This document shows positions 10,565 through 20,365 of a DNA stretch of 64,000 bases, piece after piece. The notes beneath the pieces are model-generated. The model was given only the letters and a program-made list of their open reading frames with translations, was not told the DNA's origin and did not search any database. Made by a program: the position numbers and the translations under genes. Origin of the DNA: Spirochaetota bacterium (GTDB lineage Bacteria > Spirochaetota > UBA4802 > JAFGDQ01); contig JAZDKB010000023.1 of NCBI GenBank assembly GCA_043803405.1, forward strand, positions 1-64,000, read 5' to 3'. Within the stretch, counting starts at the first letter, position 1. Every line of letters starts with the position of its first letter.

Positions 10565-11146
10565 ATGCCCGGATTCATTAAACCATTATTATATTTTATA
10601 TTGATTTTGTTATTACTGTTTTCACTCGATCTTAAAGGTGAAGCAATACCGGCAAATTCACTTTCGGTTTACAACGGTTTTTTGACTCCAAAGGATGTGT
10701 CGGAAATGGTTTCAACTCCGCCTTCGTTTAAAAAGGAGTACTTCGCAGCTGCGGGGTTTATGCGGCGGCTGTTTTTATTAAGTGAAAGCATATCTGTTGA
10801 AGGCGAAGGCCAGGCTGTATTTCATTACGGTTCCCAATATTTTAAGGAGTATGTGATCGCTCCCTACGTCCGTTACACAAATATCGTAGATAATAAATTC
10901 GCTATAACCGGTGCCATAGGCGACGGTATTTCGTACACTGAAAAAATATTGAATCATGAACACAGAAGAGACAGAAAAAGCACGCGTTACATAAACTATC
11001 TCGGAATTGAAGCGACATTCGGAACTGTAAACTGCCCTCTTTCCTTGGTAATACGCCTGCATCACAGATCAAGCGCTTACGGGCTTATAATGAACGGAAA
11101 TACGGATTCGAATTTTATCTGTTTAGGAATAAGATATGCGTTTTAA
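10565..11146 (+). CDS. Small OM beta-barrel, PagL/acyloxyacyl-hydrolase-like
   Basis: RLHHRSS motif near the C-terminus; ends GIRYAF. Confidence 0.55.
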   Translation: MPGFIKPLLYFILILLLLFSLDLKGEAIPANSLSVYNGFLTPKDVSEMVSTPPSFKKEYFAAAGFMRRLFLLSESISVEGEGQAVFHYGSQYFKEYVIAPYVRYTNIVDNKFAITGAIGDGISYTEKILNHEHRRDRKSTRYINYLGIEATFGTVNCPLSLVIRLHHRSSAYGLIMNGNTDSNFICLGIRYAF

Positions 11147-11157
11147 TTTTTGGCACT

Positions 11158-11182
11158 ATTAACTGCTAAAAAAAATGTGACA
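11158..11182 (+). repeat. Dispersed intergenic repeat, copy 3
   Basis: ATTAACTGCTAAAAAAAATGTGACA. Confidence 0.6.
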
Positions 11183-11218
11183 GCATAGTAGCAGATTGAA
11201 ACAAAATGCCGCAAAATA

Positions 11219-12397
11219 TCAGCAATTTAAGGCTTCTATCGGCAGCATTCCGGATGCCTTACGTGCAGGGTAAAGCCCGAATATTATTCCTACCATTACG
11301 GAGAAAAAGAAAGATACCAGCGCATAAATATAAGAAAAGAAGAACGGCCAGTTAAGAAAATATACTATTATTACATTAATAATAATTCCTATTACAAGAC
11401 CTATTACTCCGCCAATCGCGCTTAGTATGGACGACTCGATTATGAATTGATTCATTATGTCCGCTTTTTTTGCGCCTACGGCAAGCCTTATGCCGATCTC
11501 CCTTGTCCTTTCCGTGACTGCTGCGTGCATTACATTCATAATGTTTATTCCACCGACTACCAGCGATATGACAGTAGCCAGCCCCAGCAGAAGTCCCAGA
11601 ATGCCGATAATTGCATCAGCTGTCTGCATCTGATCTTTGCTCGATGTTATTTTTATGTGTTTTAATTTATCGAAAGAATTGTTGTTAATATAACTGAAAT
11701 AATTGCGTATTGTCGAGATCGCCGGCGAAATGGATTCAGCTGTGGAAACCGAAAGAAGTATTTCCCTGAACGATGAACTGTTTGTAACTCTTTGTCTCAT
11801 TGTCGTATACGGGATAACTGCAATGTTGTCGAAGTCCCTTCCCGAAAGCGCTTTGCCTTTTGGTTCAAGCACGCCTATGACCCTGAACGGTATGCCGTTC
11901 AGGTGAACTATTTTTCCCACGGGGTCGGTATTGCCGAATAAAATGTTTCTCTGGCTGTTTCCTATAACAGTCACTTTCTGAAATGTATTTAATTCGAGTT
12001 CGGAAAAAATTCTTCCTTTTGCAATAGCCCAGTCCTGTATTAACAGGAAATCGGCTGTAGTTCCGAATACACGCGAAGCTATTTGCCTGTTAACATATTT
12101 AATCGAAACAGATCCATCAGGAAAAATTGGCGTAATTAAATTAATATTCTGTATATATGTTTTTAATTTATTGTAATCAAGCAGGGAAAAGTCTTTAGCT
12201 TCATTAAGGACGGATATTGCGTTTTTCCCGTATGTGTATATTTTGCTTTTAACCACATATTTGGCGCTTTGAATTAAGCCTATAATCGATATAAAGGAGG
12301 ATACGCCAATTATGACACCAAGCATTGTCAGTCCGCTTCTCATCTTATTCTTGCGGATTTCCTGAATAGCGTGTCTTAAAAAATAAAAAAATCGCAT
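11219..12397 (-). CDS. MacB/FtsX-family ABC permease
   Basis: LTMLGVIIG, GGINIMNVM, VTERTREIGIRLAVGA, GLYPARKA. Confidence 0.92.
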   Translation of the reverse strand: MRFFYFLRHAIQEIRKNKMRSGLTMLGVIIGVSSFISIIGLIQSAKYVVKSKIYTYGKNAISVLNEAKDFSLLDYNKLKTYIQNINLITPIFPDGSVSIKYVNRQIASRVFGTTADFLLIQDWAIAKGRIFSELELNTFQKVTVIGNSQRNILFGNTDPVGKIVHLNGIPFRVIGVLEPKGKALSGRDFDNIAVIPYTTMRQRVTNSSSFREILLSVSTAESISPAISTIRNYFSYINNNSFDKLKHIKITSSKDQMQTADAIIGILGLLLGLATVISLVVGGINIMNVMHAAVTERTREIGIRLAVGAKKADIMNQFIIESSILSAIGGVIGLVIGIIINVIIVYFLNWPFFFSYIYALVSFFFSVMVGIIFGLYPARKASGMLPIEALNC

Positions 12398-12422
12398 TGT
12401 TAATTTATCGAATCATTTCGAA

Positions 12423-13661
12423 TTACAGAGCCCGGATTTCCTCATAACTGGATTTGTATCGATCAGTCTGAAAGATTTTTTGCTTTGAAGCTATATCATC
12501 AAATATTTCCAGAAGATAATCTATGTGCCTGTCTTCGTGTGTCGACATAAAGCTGAGCCTTAAAAGCTGTTTACTGTGCGGCACTGCCGGGGAAATAATG
12601 GCGTTCACAAAAATTCCTTTTTCAAAAAGGGTTTTCCACAAACGGAAGGTCAATAAGTCGTCTCCTATTATTACTGGTATTATGGGTACTATTCCGTCTG
12701 GAACATTGTAGCCCATTTTCTTTAATTCGGTTCTGACTCTTTTTTGAACCGCGTAAAGTCTGTCCATGCGGTGGGGTTCTTCCCTGATTATTTCAAGCGT
12801 TTTTTTCACTGTGGCTGTCTGTGCGGGCGTCATGCTCGCGCTGAATATCAACGCAGGCGAATGATGCTTAATATATTCGATAACAGGTTTGCAGGCAGCT
12901 ATAAATCCGCCGAGCGATGCGAAACTTTTGCTGAATGTGCCCATAATCATATCCGCTTTGTCGTTCAGCCCGAATGATTGTGCTGTGCCCCGGCCGTTTC
13001 CGAGCACTCCAAGCCCGTGAGCGTCATCTATCATTATGCGCGCGTTGTATTTTGAAGCTATTCTCGCAAGGTCGGGCAGGTTTACGATGTCCCCCATCAT
13101 GCTGAAAACGCCGTCTGTTACGATCAGCTTTCCGTAATCTGCAGGAAGCTTAGAAAGCTTATTTTCGATATCCTTCATGTCGTTATGCCTGTATTTAACC
13201 ACAGCATCCCTGCCTATTGTCCCCTTAACTATAAGAGCGCCCTGGAATATACTGGAGTGATTTTCCTTGTCGCAAAGCAGAACATCCTTTCGTCCCATAA
13301 GCGGCGTTATGGCTCCCTGGTTTGTCTGAAAGCCTGTGCTGAAAAGCAACGCCGCTTCCTTGCCTAGGAAAGCCGCAAGCATTTCCTCAAGTTCAGTATG
13401 AATATCGTAACTCCCGTTTAAAAGCCTGGAGCCGGAACAGCCTGTACCGTATCTTGTTATTGCCTGCCTGGCTGCTTCCTTTACGCGCGCGTCGTCCGTA
13501 AGCCCCAGATAGTTATTTGAGCCTGCCATAATTACTTTTTTGCCGGCCATTGTCACCACCGGCCCCTGGTTCTCGGATATGCCGCAAAAATACGGGTAAC
13601 AGCCCATATCCCTTAATTCCTTGTGACGCGCGAAATCTATGCATTTATTAAATATATCCAT
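12423..13661 (-). CDS. spt: Serine palmitoyltransferase (AONS-family PLP enzyme)
   Basis: YPYF, GSNNYLGL, GSRLLNG, DDAHG, MGTFSKS (PLP Lys), RLSFMSTH; context of KDSR-like and bCerS-like genes. Confidence 0.85.
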   Translation of the reverse strand: MDIFNKCIDFARHKELRDMGCYPYFCGISENQGPVVTMAGKKVIMAGSNNYLGLTDDARVKEAARQAITRYGTGCSGSRLLNGSYDIHTELEEMLAAFLGKEAALLFSTGFQTNQGAITPLMGRKDVLLCDKENHSSIFQGALIVKGTIGRDAVVKYRHNDMKDIENKLSKLPADYGKLIVTDGVFSMMGDIVNLPDLARIASKYNARIMIDDAHGLGVLGNGRGTAQSFGLNDKADMIMGTFSKSFASLGGFIAACKPVIEYIKHHSPALIFSASMTPAQTATVKKTLEIIREEPHRMDRLYAVQKRVRTELKKMGYNVPDGIVPIIPVIIGDDLLTFRLWKTLFEKGIFVNAIISPAVPHSKQLLRLSFMSTHEDRHIDYLLEIFDDIASKQKIFQTDRYKSSYEEIRAL

Positions 13662-13741
13662 CGGATTTTACCTTGCTTTCTCGGCACAGAAGTCGAGTTA
13701 TTAAAAAATATTATGACAATCTGCCATATTTTACTTTCAGC

Positions 13742-14566
13742 TTAAGCTTTTTTTGATAATGATTTGTTGATTATATGATCCATTATTGGCGGCGTTAGCC
13801 GTTTAATAAGGTAAGAAAGTTTTACCTTAAATCCCGGCAGAATAATGAATTGATTTTTTTTAATGCCTTTAAGCAGCTTACGGGCAATATATTGAGGCTT
13901 TAAAGGTTTTATGTTGCCGGATATAAGCCTTGTTTCTTCAGGTTTCATTAAGTTCTCGGCATGAAAACCCGGCGTATCGGTATCGGGCGGGCATAGAACC
14001 GACACCCGTATGCCATACTGCTTTACTTCGCTTCTTAATGCTTCGGAAAATCCCATCATGGCGAATTTGGAAGCGCAGTAATCCGTGTAACCGAATAATC
14101 CAAGATATCCTCCCATAGATGACGTATTCACTATATGGCCGCCTTTTTTTTTCATAGCCGGGAGAAGAGCTGATATGATGTTCCATATCCCGAAAAAGTT
14201 CACTTTAAAGGTCTCTTCCAGTTGATGAAATGTAATATTCTCAAAATAATCGGGCAGGGCGCGCCCTGCGCAGTTTATCAGCAAATCAGGAGCCCCGAAT
14301 TTAGCTGTCGCCTTTTTCATTACTTTTTTTATCTGAGCGATATCGGTCACATCAAGCTGTATGGAAGATACGCGGTTGCTCACAGGGCTTTTCATCCTTC
14401 TAATTTCGTTTTCCGCATAAGTTAGCAAACTTTGATTTCTCGCAAAAATAATAACATCAGCTCCCTTCGATGCCAGCAGCATGGATGCTGCCAGGCCTAT
14501 TCCGCTTGAACCTCCTGTGACAAACGCCGTTTTTCCGATAAATGAATTCATATATTGATAAATCAA
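13742..14566 (-). CDS. 3-ketodihydrosphingosine reductase-like SDR (ATG start probably 14551)
   Basis: [8 protein letters not shown], YCASK, and [24 protein letters not shown] matching the KDSR/Tsc10 signature. Confidence 0.8.
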   Translation of the reverse strand: [274 protein letters not shown]

Positions 14567-14803
14567 TTAAGAACCTGTTTCGTTATTAATCCGCCTAAAC
14601 AGGTGCTTACTGATAGAACGCTAATTTAACGACTGATCTATTGATCAGGCTGTAAATAACCGGTTTTTTAATCGTAAAATATCATGGATGATGATAAAAT
14701 ATTTATTTGGGAATTATAAATATTATGTTTAATAATTAAATATGCTTTGGGTCGTAGTATTAATACGATTTCGCTATGGGTTAGACACAAGAGGATGGAT
14801 CAA

Positions 14804-15961
14804 TCAGCCTATTTTTTTCTCATATAATCTGTAAGTTTTGTATATTTCGCACTTTAAACGTTTTAACGCGTTTAATAATCTTGTATTGGTTTCAACGACC
14901 ATGCAGCAATCCGATGATTCATAACCCATTGTCGTTCCGGTCTCAATGGTTTTTAAATAAAATACGGTATCGATCATTTTTCTGCGATGTTCCGGTAAAA
15001 CTCCCATAATTATTGTGCGCAGCCTGTTTGTGGATTTTATCATTTTAAGGACTTTAGGCAGCTGCCATGGGTACATCCTTCCGTTTAAATATTTCATCGC
15101 CGGGCTTGTATCAGGTATGGACACTATAAAGCCGACTGTTTCCCCGTCCTTTTCGGCGAAAATAGTAAGCTCAGGGATGATGATCATTGATAATTCTTTA
15201 AAAAGTTCGTCAAACTGCCTGTCAGTTAAAGGCAGGTGCCCCCAGTTGCTTTCCCATGCCTTGTTGAATATTGTTTTTATATCCTGTGCCCGTGTTTTTA
15301 TCTCGCTTTTTTTTAATGTGGTAAAAGTAACATCTATCTTTTCCATAAGACTGTTCCGGACACGGTCAAGGAAGGGTTTGTAGTCTTCTATGTCTTTTAC
15401 CAGCACGCAATGCCAGTCCGCGCATTTAATGAACCCGCAGGCTGAAACAAAATCCTTGTAATAGGGAGCGTAATGACCCAGGCCTGTTACAGGAAGAACG
15501 TTTTCGCCGTGAACTTCGAATCCTATCTGGTCATATATGGAAAAGTTCTGCGGGCCGTTTATTTTGCTTTTCCCTCTGGATAACAGCCAGTCTTCAGCTG
15601 CGGTAAAAAGCGCTCGCGCAACATCAATATCATTAATTGATTCGAAAAATCCGAAAAAACCCGTTTCCTTGTCGTATTTTTCTTCGTATAATCTGTTGAT
15701 ATGCGCAGAAATTCTTCCTGATGGCTTTCCGTTTTTATAAGCAAGGAAATATACGGCTTCGCCGATTTCGAAAAAATATCCTTTCTTAGGATCGAGAAAT
15801 TTTTTCTGTTCTTTGATGATGGGCGGGACCCATGCAGGGTCATTTTCATAAAGACCGGCAGACCACGGCAGCATTATGAATTCTTTCAGCATCGATTTTG
15901 TGGTAACCTTCTTTACCGTTACGGTTCCCGTATTCCGGATTTTTAAATTATTCTCAAACAT
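14804..15961 (-). CDS. bcerS: GNAT-type bacterial ceramide synthase-like protein
   Basis: DPAWVPP, GRISAHIN, GFFGFFES, FNKAWESNWG, MGVLPEHR, KTYRLYEK; next to spt. Confidence 0.75.
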   Translation of the reverse strand: MFENNLKIRNTGTVTVKKVTTKSMLKEFIMLPWSAGLYENDPAWVPPIIKEQKKFLDPKKGYFFEIGEAVYFLAYKNGKPSGRISAHINRLYEEKYDKETGFFGFFESINDIDVARALFTAAEDWLLSRGKSKINGPQNFSIYDQIGFEVHGENVLPVTGLGHYAPYYKDFVSACGFIKCADWHCVLVKDIEDYKPFLDRVRNSLMEKIDVTFTTLKKSEIKTRAQDIKTIFNKAWESNWGHLPLTDRQFDELFKELSMIIIPELTIFAEKDGETVGFIVSIPDTSPAMKYLNGRMYPWQLPKVLKMIKSTNRLRTIIMGVLPEHRRKMIDTVFYLKTIETGTTMGYESSDCCMVVETNTRLLNALKRLKCEIYKTYRLYEKKIG

Positions 15962-16102
15962 ATTAATCCTTTTATTGTTTTTACTCTTAAATTATTATTT
16001 TCTGTAAAATTTCTTCTTTCATGTGGAGTGTTCGCACCGCGAAGCAGCCTTTTTTTCTTCCGGTTTTCAATTGTGCTGTGTATAAGTTTAACATGCATTC
16101 TT

Positions 16103-18013
16103 TTAGCGCGAGTCACCTCTGTTTTTGCCTGGCTGTATTTTAAATATTTGTACATCAAAATAGCCCAGTCCTATAGTTTTAAAAAGACTATCGGGATTAA
16201 AATATTGCTTATAATGAGTGAAAATATTTTTTTCAAAAGTAGTTCCCGGGCTTACTGCAAAATATACAGGCGCGTCATTTTTATATACGGATAGGCTGCC
16301 TTTTTTGTCCGCTGAAACAGGGATTTCTTTTCCGTGGATCAGGTCTTCAAGCAAAGAAGCATTGTATCTTAAATCCTTCTGAACTATAATGGCCGGGTTT
16401 TTGCTCTCAATGACGAGTCCGGCCGACCAGCTGCCTGCCACAACGGCATTGGGTTCAATCTCCATGCTCAGCTCTTTTGATATGTTTATCATTTTGTTCT
16501 CATGGAATAGCGCCCATTTGCCATATTGAAAAAGCTGTATTATCAAAATAAGTATAATGAGCGCATAAGGCAGCCTGCTGTAACTTAAAATTTTACGCAT
16601 GTATTTCTTTTTAAAAATTATATAAATAAGACATGCTGCTGAAATAAAAACGCAGCCGCATATAAGTATCAACAGGTAATCCGGGAAACCGGACTCCGCT
16701 TCCCTATATATCCAGTGCATTAATGCTTTTTTTGATTTGAATGGAACGACTTGAAATGCCAAAGTAATTATGACATACACAGACGCGAGTACTGATGTTG
16801 CCAGCTTGAAAATACCGAACAGCTTACCCTGTTTATTTAAAATAAAAAGTTTTAATTCATCGTCTTTTAAGCATGTAACTGACCGGCTGCACAGTATTAC
16901 GAGCGGTATGCTGATGAGCATATAATAACGGGAAGGATGATATTCCAGCAGGGTCAGCATCAGGAAGCCGAATATGAGCCACGAGGACAGTATAAAGTCC
17001 GTGTTTTTTATTTTTGGATCATTCAAATATTTTTGAAAGGAATAAATCGCATAAATAATTGCAGTAAAAAAAGTTAAAGGCTGCAGAAAGACAGCTTCAA
17101 TGAACAGGGCTTTGCCAATCATCAAATAAATAGGATCAAAATCAGGGAATATTTCAATGAGCGCACTTATAAAAGAGATCTTATTAAGTATTCCTTTATC
17201 GAATAATGAATCTACTAATTTGATATGGGCGAAAATAATATAAAATATCCCGAAAATAAGCAATATCCTGCTGAATTGTTTTTTCAGTTTTTTAGAACTG
17301 TAATGAAAATATTTATTTAAAAATATTATTATCAGGCAGGGTAAAACCGCTGCAACAGCCAGCAATACGGATTTTTTTATGAAAAAAGCTGAAGCCAGCG
17401 TCAGGGTTCCGGTTAAAATAAGAATTATTCTACGGAAAAGAATTTTATTTGTGAGGGATTTTTTTGAATCCGTATTATCCCTGAAATCTGCAAATGCTTC
17501 AGTGAATGCGAAGAGGGCAGCCATTAAATAAAAGTTAAGATGCGTTTCATAAAAACCAATCCTGTTGTACATTATTAGAAAATAATTCGCAGCATATAGA
17601 ACCGAAGATAAATTAGCGCAATCTTTACCATAATTTCTCTTAATAAAAAAGTACAACAGCAGAAGCGTAAACATGGAATAAATAACAGACAATATCCGTA
17701 TCGAAAAAAAATTTACACCAAGAAGTTTAAAAACAAGCGCGTATGTGTATACTGAAAGCGGGCTTTGATTCTTCCAGCCAGGATACTCGTCCAGGGGCGT
17801 CCATTTCCAGTCCCCAAAAAGTTCAAGGTTCCTTGGCTCGTAGATTTTAAATCCTTCGTCCGTATATAATGCTGCGGAAAAGCTCATGTCCCCAGGCGGA
17901 TCTGCATTGATAAAAGCGGTTCTCATCAATGCCGCGATTAAAATTATCGCGAAAATAATATAAATTTTTTTAAAATATATATTATTAAATATTTTTTCAT
18001 ATAAGGCAGGCAT
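16103..18013 (-). CDS. GT-C (ArnT/PMT-like) membrane glycosyltransferase
   Basis: DEG motif after TM1, SPL...RILS, many TM helices, SRYY. Confidence 0.75.
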   Translation of the reverse strand: MPALYEKIFNNIYFKKIYIIFAIILIAALMRTAFINADPPGDMSFSAALYTDEGFKIYEPRNLELFGDWKWTPLDEYPGWKNQSPLSVYTYALVFKLLGVNFFSIRILSVIYSMFTLLLLYFFIKRNYGKDCANLSSVLYAANYFLIMYNRIGFYETHLNFYLMAALFAFTEAFADFRDNTDSKKSLTNKILFRRIILILTGTLTLASAFFIKKSVLLAVAAVLPCLIIIFLNKYFHYSSKKLKKQFSRILLIFGIFYIIFAHIKLVDSLFDKGILNKISFISALIEIFPDFDPIYLMIGKALFIEAVFLQPLTFFTAIIYAIYSFQKYLNDPKIKNTDFILSSWLIFGFLMLTLLEYHPSRYYMLISIPLVILCSRSVTCLKDDELKLFILNKQGKLFGIFKLATSVLASVYVIITLAFQVVPFKSKKALMHWIYREAESGFPDYLLILICGCVFISAACLIYIIFKKKYMRKILSYSRLPYALIILILIIQLFQYGKWALFHENKMINISKELSMEIEPNAVVAGSWSAGLVIESKNPAIIVQKDLRYNASLLEDLIHGKEIPVSADKKGSLSVYKNDAPVYFAVSPGTTFEKNIFTHYKQYFNPDSLFKTIGLGYFDVQIFKIQPGKNRGDSR

Positions 18014-18072
18014 ATAGATTTTATCAGCTCTTTCAGGAATATTAATTGATTAACGATTTTATATTTGCCGGG

Positions 18073-19329
18073 TTATGCGCTTATTGAAAGAGCATCCGCT
18101 TCGGTTACATGCTCGCTTCGCAGATTTTTCTTTTCGGTATTTTCTTTGAAAACTTTTATATACTCTTTAACCATTTTGTCCCAGGAATAGTTATCGTTGG
18201 TGAATTTTTTTGCCTGCTCGCCGAACTTTCTGAACGAGACAGGGTCGGATAACGATTTGGTGATAAAGTTTATCCACGCATCTGCGTTGCCGGGCTCCAG
18301 CAGAAATCCGTTCCTGCCATTTACGATCGCGTCAGTTATACCTTCCAGTTTAGAAGCGGCAACAGGCAGACCGCATACTGCTGCTTCAAGTGCCACAAGC
18401 CCGAAACCCTCAGCGTCGCCGCTGACTTTTATGTTCGGCATAACAAACAAATCCGAGTGATGGAGAATCTGTATCATTGAATCAAAGCCCTGTATACCAA
18501 GAAAAAATACCCTTTTTTCGAGGTTTCTTCTTTTAATGGCATCGATTATTTTCGGCTTGTCTTCTTCAACAGCAAATAAAGATCTGATCTGCCGCGACAG
18601 GGATGGAGGTATATATTTCAGAATTGAATGAAGTTTTGAATTATTATGATTTTCAGCTCCTATTATCAGGTAAATAATTTCATCATCAAGCACAGTCATT
18701 ACATTTTCAACAAACCATGAAAAGCCTTTGCGGGTTACAGCCCTCCCTATTGAGACCAGTATTTTTTTTTCTTTAAGTGAGATGCCTAGCTGATTCTCCA
18801 GTTTTTTTCTGAAATCATCCTGCCTGGCAATATTACCTATATTGCCCTCAACGCCGTTGCGGATTGTGAATATTTTTTCAGGATCCATCCCTCTTTTTAT
18901 GCATTCGATCGCTGTGGAACTGCTCACAGGGATAAGGCCGTCAAAGTTTTTAAATTTGCTCACAATATATTTTTGAAAGAGTTTATTAGGGAAAACCACA
19001 TCAAGACCGTGCAAAGTTACGAATATGGGGATGTCGGTTATTTTCTTTAATAATAAACCCACTACAGCCATTAAACCGTCATTTAAATGTATAAAGGAGA
19101 TGCCGGGATTATCTCTTAATATTTTTTTTACGTTTGGTATTACGGAAAAAAAGAATTTTATCCTGCTTGTTCTTCCATCGTATATTATTCGTTTTACGTT
19201 ATATTCCTGCGATATTCCTTCTATCAGTTCATAGCTTTGTTTTTCCATTCCGCCTATTGAAGGCGGGTATTTATGAGTTATAAATAGTGGCTGCATTTGC
19301 GTAACCTTCGGATTCATTTTCTTTTTCAT
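18073..19329 (-). CDS. GT4 glycosyltransferase
   Basis: YPPSIGGME, GRAVTRKG, EGFGLVALEA. Confidence 0.9.
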   Translation of the reverse strand: MKKKMNPKVTQMQPLFITHKYPPSIGGMEKQSYELIEGISQEYNVKRIIYDGRTSRIKFFFSVIPNVKKILRDNPGISFIHLNDGLMAVVGLLLKKITDIPIFVTLHGLDVVFPNKLFQKYIVSKFKNFDGLIPVSSSTAIECIKRGMDPEKIFTIRNGVEGNIGNIARQDDFRKKLENQLGISLKEKKILVSIGRAVTRKGFSWFVENVMTVLDDEIIYLIIGAENHNNSKLHSILKYIPPSLSRQIRSLFAVEEDKPKIIDAIKRRNLEKRVFFLGIQGFDSMIQILHHSDLFVMPNIKVSGDAEGFGLVALEAAVCGLPVAASKLEGITDAIVNGRNGFLLEPGNADAWINFITKSLSDPVSFRKFGEQAKKFTNDNYSWDKMVKEYIKVFKENTEKKNLRSEHVTEADALSISA

Positions 19330-20365
19330 CTTTTATCTTTAAATTGTGTAACCTTGTAATCAGTATAAACGGTATCATCCCTAAAAGTATCCAGAATATC
19401 TGCCGCGCTCTTTTTATTATTGATACAACGACCCACGCGTATGGTTCGCTGATGTTCGCGAGCTGGAGCATAAGCTTGTTGGCGTATTCTTCTACGCCGA
19501 TCTGCCCGGGCACAAAAGAGCCAAGGCTTTTGAATACCATAACGCCGATTTCAATTCCTATGCATTCAATGAACGATATCCTGATCTTTATGAAATACAG
19601 GATCAGGTAAAATTCCGCTGCTCCCGCAATGCGGTGGAAAAGTGAAAGGAAATACGCTGCCCAGTATTTTGTTTTTTTTTCGTTGTAAAACGCGTTAAGG
19701 CATTCGTTTGCTTCGCAAAGTCTGGTATGCGCGTTTGTCATCCATGTCCATTTAAAACCGGAAATAAGCCTGCAAACCGGATACAGAATCCCTTTTTGAT
19801 TTTTGAAAAAATAGAACGATATAAGCATAAGTAAAATACTGATAACCGAAATCGCGGTTATAGTTATAAATGAAGGGAAAAAGTCGAAATATTCGAAAAA
19901 TATGACAAAAAAAATGACTATCAAATGCAGGCCGGAAATGATTATAAGGAACCTGGACATTGTTATTGAGCTCAGGCTTTCTGCCGTGGATAATCCGTGT
20001 TTTTTCAGGTAATAAAGCTTTAATGTGTCGCCTGCGAGCACATTTGCGGGATTTATCTGCGCAAAGCTTTCCCCGATTAGCCGTACAAAGAACAATTTAA
20101 ATACGCTTATTTTATGTTCCGATTCGTGCAGGCACAGTTTCCATGCTATTGAAGCCAGGAAGTAAGAAAATCCCGTAACGGCTATGATGAACGCGAAACG
20201 CCAGTTGATCCTCAGCATTTGTTTTGAGATATTTTCAAGCTCGGAATTGGCTATGAATAAGCAGACCATCAAAAGGCCGAAACCCAGAAATAATATCTTG
20301 AGCAGGCGGGAATTTTTAATTGTGAATATCGGAATTTTACTTTGTTTTTGCTTCATATTGTCCAT
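19271..20365 (-). CDS. UPF0104/lysylphosphatidylglycerol-synthase-TM flippase-like protein
   Basis: INPANVLAGD, VPGQIGVEE, ~8 TM helices. Confidence 0.8.
   Translation of the reverse strand: MDNMKQKQSKIPIFTIKNSRLLKILFLGFGLLMVCLFIANSELENISKQMLRINWRFAFIIAVTGFSYFLASIAWKLCLHESEHKISVFKLFFVRLIGESFAQINPANVLAGDTLKLYYLKKHGLSTAESLSSITMSRFLIIISGLHLIVIFFVIFFEYFDFFPSFITITAISVISILLMLISFYFFKNQKGILYPVCRLISGFKWTWMTNAHTRLCEANECLNAFYNEKKTKYWAAYFLSLFHRIAGAAEFYLILYFIKIRISFIECIGIEIGVMVFKSLGSFVPGQIGVEEYANKLMLQLANISEPYAWVVVSIIKRARQIFWILLGMIPFILITRLHNLKIKDEKENESEGYANAATIYNS

Noticed and set aside
12423..13661. BioF or Kbl assignment
   Set aside because: No bio or tdh genes nearby; motifs and KDSR/bCerS neighbours favour SPT, though a phylogeny is still needed.
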